Source: Chloroflexota bacterium
GTDB taxonomy: Bacteria > Chloroflexota > Anaerolineae > Caldilineales > Caldilineaceae
Assembly (NCBI GenBank): GCA_003451595.1
Contig: DMDA01000101.1
Coordinates: 67,531 to 131,530 of the forward strand
Reading direction: 5' to 3'
DNA: 64,000 nt
The notes under the pieces were generated by a model that saw only the letters and a list, made by a program, of their open reading frames with translations, did not search any database and had not been told where the DNA came from. Of this stretch, positions 61,844-64,000 are shown piece by piece. The translations under genes were made by a program, and so were the position numbers. How positions within the stretch are numbered: the first letter of the stretch is position 1; each line of letters begins with the position of its first letter.

Positions 61844-62697
61844 GTCGCTACCCTTCGTTGACGGACATCGAAATCAGGTGGCGTTCTGCTGGCGGAGTCT
61901 GCGTCATCGTCGAAGGTGAGACGGAACAGGATGATGTCTGGTTCTACAACCATTGGTTTGGCCACCTGGCTCGCCAAGTCACATTCTTTGCCCAAGATGG
62001 TTGGGGCGCGGTTGTTACTGCTGTGACTGAGCTGCGCCAGCGGTATGGGAACGACAACGTGTTTGGCATCGTCGACCGTGACTTTGAGCCGGTCGTCGTG
62101 GTCGATCCACTTCCGTCCGACGGAATCCTGCGTACGTCCAAATACACGCTCGAGAATTATTTGCTCAATCCAGACTGCTGGGAGGCAGTTGTACGCCCCA
62201 AACTGCAGCGCGATCCTGTCGCCGGTTGGATGTCAAGAACCGAGATCGAGGCAACGCTGAAGTCGTACTACATGGAATGTTTGCAATTATCCGCGTTCAA
62301 CTGGGTTTTGCGTACAATCCGCGTGCAGATGCCCAATCTCTTTGTACAACTGCCGCTGGCGGAGCAGAGATATCGGGAACATCATGACTCTTTGCGTCAT
62401 GTCGGCGACGTATATACGCACTGGCAACGCGTGCAGACTTCGATTGGCGCGACGGACGATTTGGCAGATCTCTATCAGCAGCGACTCACGGCTCTACAGC
62501 GGATGTCAACCGAACAGTTGGCCGAAGTCGTCTCCGGGAAGTATGTATTCAACCTGCTGAGGAACAACTTTCCAGTACGCTATCATGGCAGAAAAGCCTG
62601 GGATAGCCTTCTGAGCGAGTATCTGTATCATTGTCCAGATGCACCTCACGACATCGCTGCTCTCGTGAACGTCATCTTGGCTGCGTCCAAACCATAA
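61840..62697 (+). CDS. ariB: DUF4435-type Toprim-like protein, AriB-like (PARIS-like system component)
   Basis: [26 protein letters not shown] and [10 protein letters not shown] match the DUF4435 motifs as I remember them. GTG 61840 overlaps the ATPase stop (GTGA). Confidence 0.65.
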   Translation: MSRYPSLTDIEIRWRSAGGVCVIVEGETEQDDVWFYNHWFGHLARQVTFFAQDGWGAVVTAVTELRQRYGNDNVFGIVDRDFEPVVVVDPLPSDGILRTSKYTLENYLLNPDCWEAVVRPKLQRDPVAGWMSRTEIEATLKSYYMECLQLSAFNWVLRTIRVQMPNLFVQLPLAEQRYREHHDSLRHVGDVYTHWQRVQTSIGATDDLADLYQQRLTALQRMSTEQLAEVVSGKYVFNLLRNNFPVRYHGRKAWDSLLSEYLYHCPDAPHDIAALVNVILAASKP

Positions 62698-62717
62698 TCC
62701 ATCTTCGAGTTCATCTG

Positions 62718-64000
62718 ATGAATCTCCACTTCAAGGAAATCTTCCGCGGCAAGGTCGTCAACAAGCGCCTCACCTTCAACACGGGTATGGATGAGTTCCC
62801 GCGCTATGTGCTCGAGTATCTGATCGACAACTATTGCCGTGAGGAGACCTTCGACGAGGATTTCGCCCAGGTCAAACGCCGGCTGCGCGAGAATTTCGTG
62901 CATGGCGCCGAGGCGGAGCGCATTCGCCACTATATCCGCGAGAACCGCCAGCACACGCTGATCGCCAGCTTGGAGGTGCGCCTGGTCGAAACCGAAGACA
63001 AGTATTGGGGCACGATCGGCGCCATCAACGAGAACTTTGTCAACGTGCCGGAAACGTTGGTGCGCCAGTATCCGATGTTGTTGGCGGGCGGGATGTGGGG
63101 CACGATCCAGCTCACCTACGACGAGACCGAGGTGCATAACAAGAAGATTCGTCCCTTTGTCGTCACCGACTTCACGCCCTTTCAGATTACCATGATCGAC
63201 CTGGGCGAGTTCCTGAGCAAGCGCCGCGCCTTCGGCGATGAGGAATGGCTGGACATCCTGGTCAACTCCTTTGGGCTTAACCCGGCGACCATGACGCGGC
63301 GCCAGAAGCTGATCTACATCAGCCGCGCCGTGCCGCTGGTCGAAGCCAACCACAACCTGATCGAGCTGGGACCGCGTGAGACCGGCAAGACCTATATCTT
63401 TCGCAACGCCTCCTACTACAGCCATGTGCTGTCGGGTGGCAAAGCCACGCCGGCCGGACTGTTCATCAACCTCAACAGCGGTCAGGTCGGTCTGGTGGGC
63501 ACGCGCGACGCCGTCGTCTTCGACGAGATCGCCAACACCGACTTCACCGACCCGCGGGCGATGGTCAGCATCATGCAGGGCTACATGCAGGATGCCAAGT
63601 TCAGTCGCGGCAAGAAAGAAATCCTGGCTTTTGGCTCGATCGTGCTGGTCGGCAACCTGGATGTGCAGGGCAGCCTGCCCCACGAGAAGTACTATCACCT
63701 CTTCGAGCCGCTGCCCAGTTTCCTGCAGGTCGAGGCGCTGATCGACCGCCTCCACTACTACCTGCCGGGGTGGGAAGCGCCCAAGATCGGGCCTGCTGCC
63801 GCCAGCCAGGACTACGGCTTCATCACCGACTATCTGGCGGAGATCATGCACGAACTGCGGCGCGTGGATGTGCTGAGCAAAGTCAAGGGGCGCTTCGAGC
63901 TGTTCGATGCCGCCGGCTCCACCCAGGGCATCACGGCGCGCGATGTGCGCGCCGTACACAAGACGCTCTCCGGGCTGCTCAAGCTGCTCTATCCGCACGG
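62718..64000 (+). CDS. brxL: BrxL, Lon-like BREX protein (3' end outside the window; not in the ORF track)
   Basis: My own translation from ATG 62718 gives [40 protein letters not shown]...[14 protein letters not shown]...[11 protein letters not shown]...[11 protein letters not shown]...[11 protein letters not shown]...[11 protein letters not shown]. These are all BrxL hallmarks. The frame stays open to nt 64000. Confidence 0.85.
   Translation, partial: MNLHFKEIFRGKVVNKRLTFNTGMDEFPRYVLEYLIDNYCREETFDEDFAQVKRRLRENFVHGAEAERIRHYIRENRQHTLIASLEVRLVETEDKYWGTIGAINENFVNVPETLVRQYPMLLAGGMWGTIQLTYDETEVHNKKIRPFVVTDFTPFQITMIDLGEFLSKRRAFGDEEWLDILVNSFGLNPATMTRRQKLIYISRAVPLVEANHNLIELGPRETGKTYIFRNASYYSHVLSGGKATPAGLFINLNSGQVGLVGTRDAVVFDEIANTDFTDPRAMVSIMQGYMQDAKFSRGKKEILAFGSIVLVGNLDVQGSLPHEKYYHLFEPLPSFLQVEALIDRLHYYLPGWEAPKIGPAAASQDYGFITDYLAEIMHELRRVDVLSKVKGRFELFDAAGSTQGITARDVRAVHKTLSGLLKLLYPH

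Noticed and set aside
62646-63998. 450-aa minus-strand ORF, the only track entry covering the last 1.3 kb
   Set aside because: It is antisense to a clearly BrxL-like + strand ORF that is open to the window end. Its translation is Arg/Gly/Ala/Val-rich with no recognisable motif, typical of shadow ORFs in GC-rich coding DNA.
36000-64000. Calling the accessory region a defined mobile element, prophage or integrative island
   Set aside because: I found no integrase, transposase, tRNA attachment site or flanking direct repeats in the window, and the right boundary lies beyond nt 64000. Only compositional patchiness and defence-gene content are supported.

Overview
High-GC bacterial chromosome segment. 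My spot counts of single 60-nt lines give about 65-72% G+C in core genes; I could not compute a full profile.

nt 1-36,000 is ordinary, tightly packed metabolism:
- a polyol/sugar-kinase cluster with a SorC regulator
- an ECF sigma/anti-sigma module
- a ChlI-like AAA+/vWA pair
- an IclR-linked sugar-acid/alpha-galactoside cluster with two GH36-like hydrolases and a sugar ABC importer
- an acyl-CoA ligase plus a Liv-type ABC importer

From about 37.7 kb the composition drops and the content becomes accessory. This part holds an orphan three-gene cluster, a divergent HTH-STAND-TPR regulator and an ADP-ribosylglycohydrolase.

From 43.8 kb to the window end there is a large defence island built on a BREX-like locus with non-canonical order. 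The backbone is a RadC-N::BrxA-like fusion, a BrxB-like protein, BrxC and PglZ, then a Zn-ribbon DPPY methyltransferase, then BrxL. BrxL runs off the window end and is missing from the supplied ORF track. Three modules are nested in this backbone:
- a low-GC ~1465-aa Mrr-like nuclease/STAND NTPase (Avs-like)
- a Phd/RelE toxin-antitoxin pair
- an AriA/AriB-like (PARIS-like) ABC-ATPase/DUF4435 pair

Other points worth a second look:
- The methyltransferase gene is compositionally mosaic.
- The ChlI-like and vWA ORFs are separated exactly at an A8 tract that forms an A AAA AAA G -1 slippery site. A slip there would recreate a full ChlD-type protein.
- There are several short tandem-repeat and palindromic intergenic elements.

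I recognised no rRNA, tRNA, CRISPR array, integrase or transposase. All functional calls rest on motifs I could read in the translations and on remembered family architectures. No database search was run.
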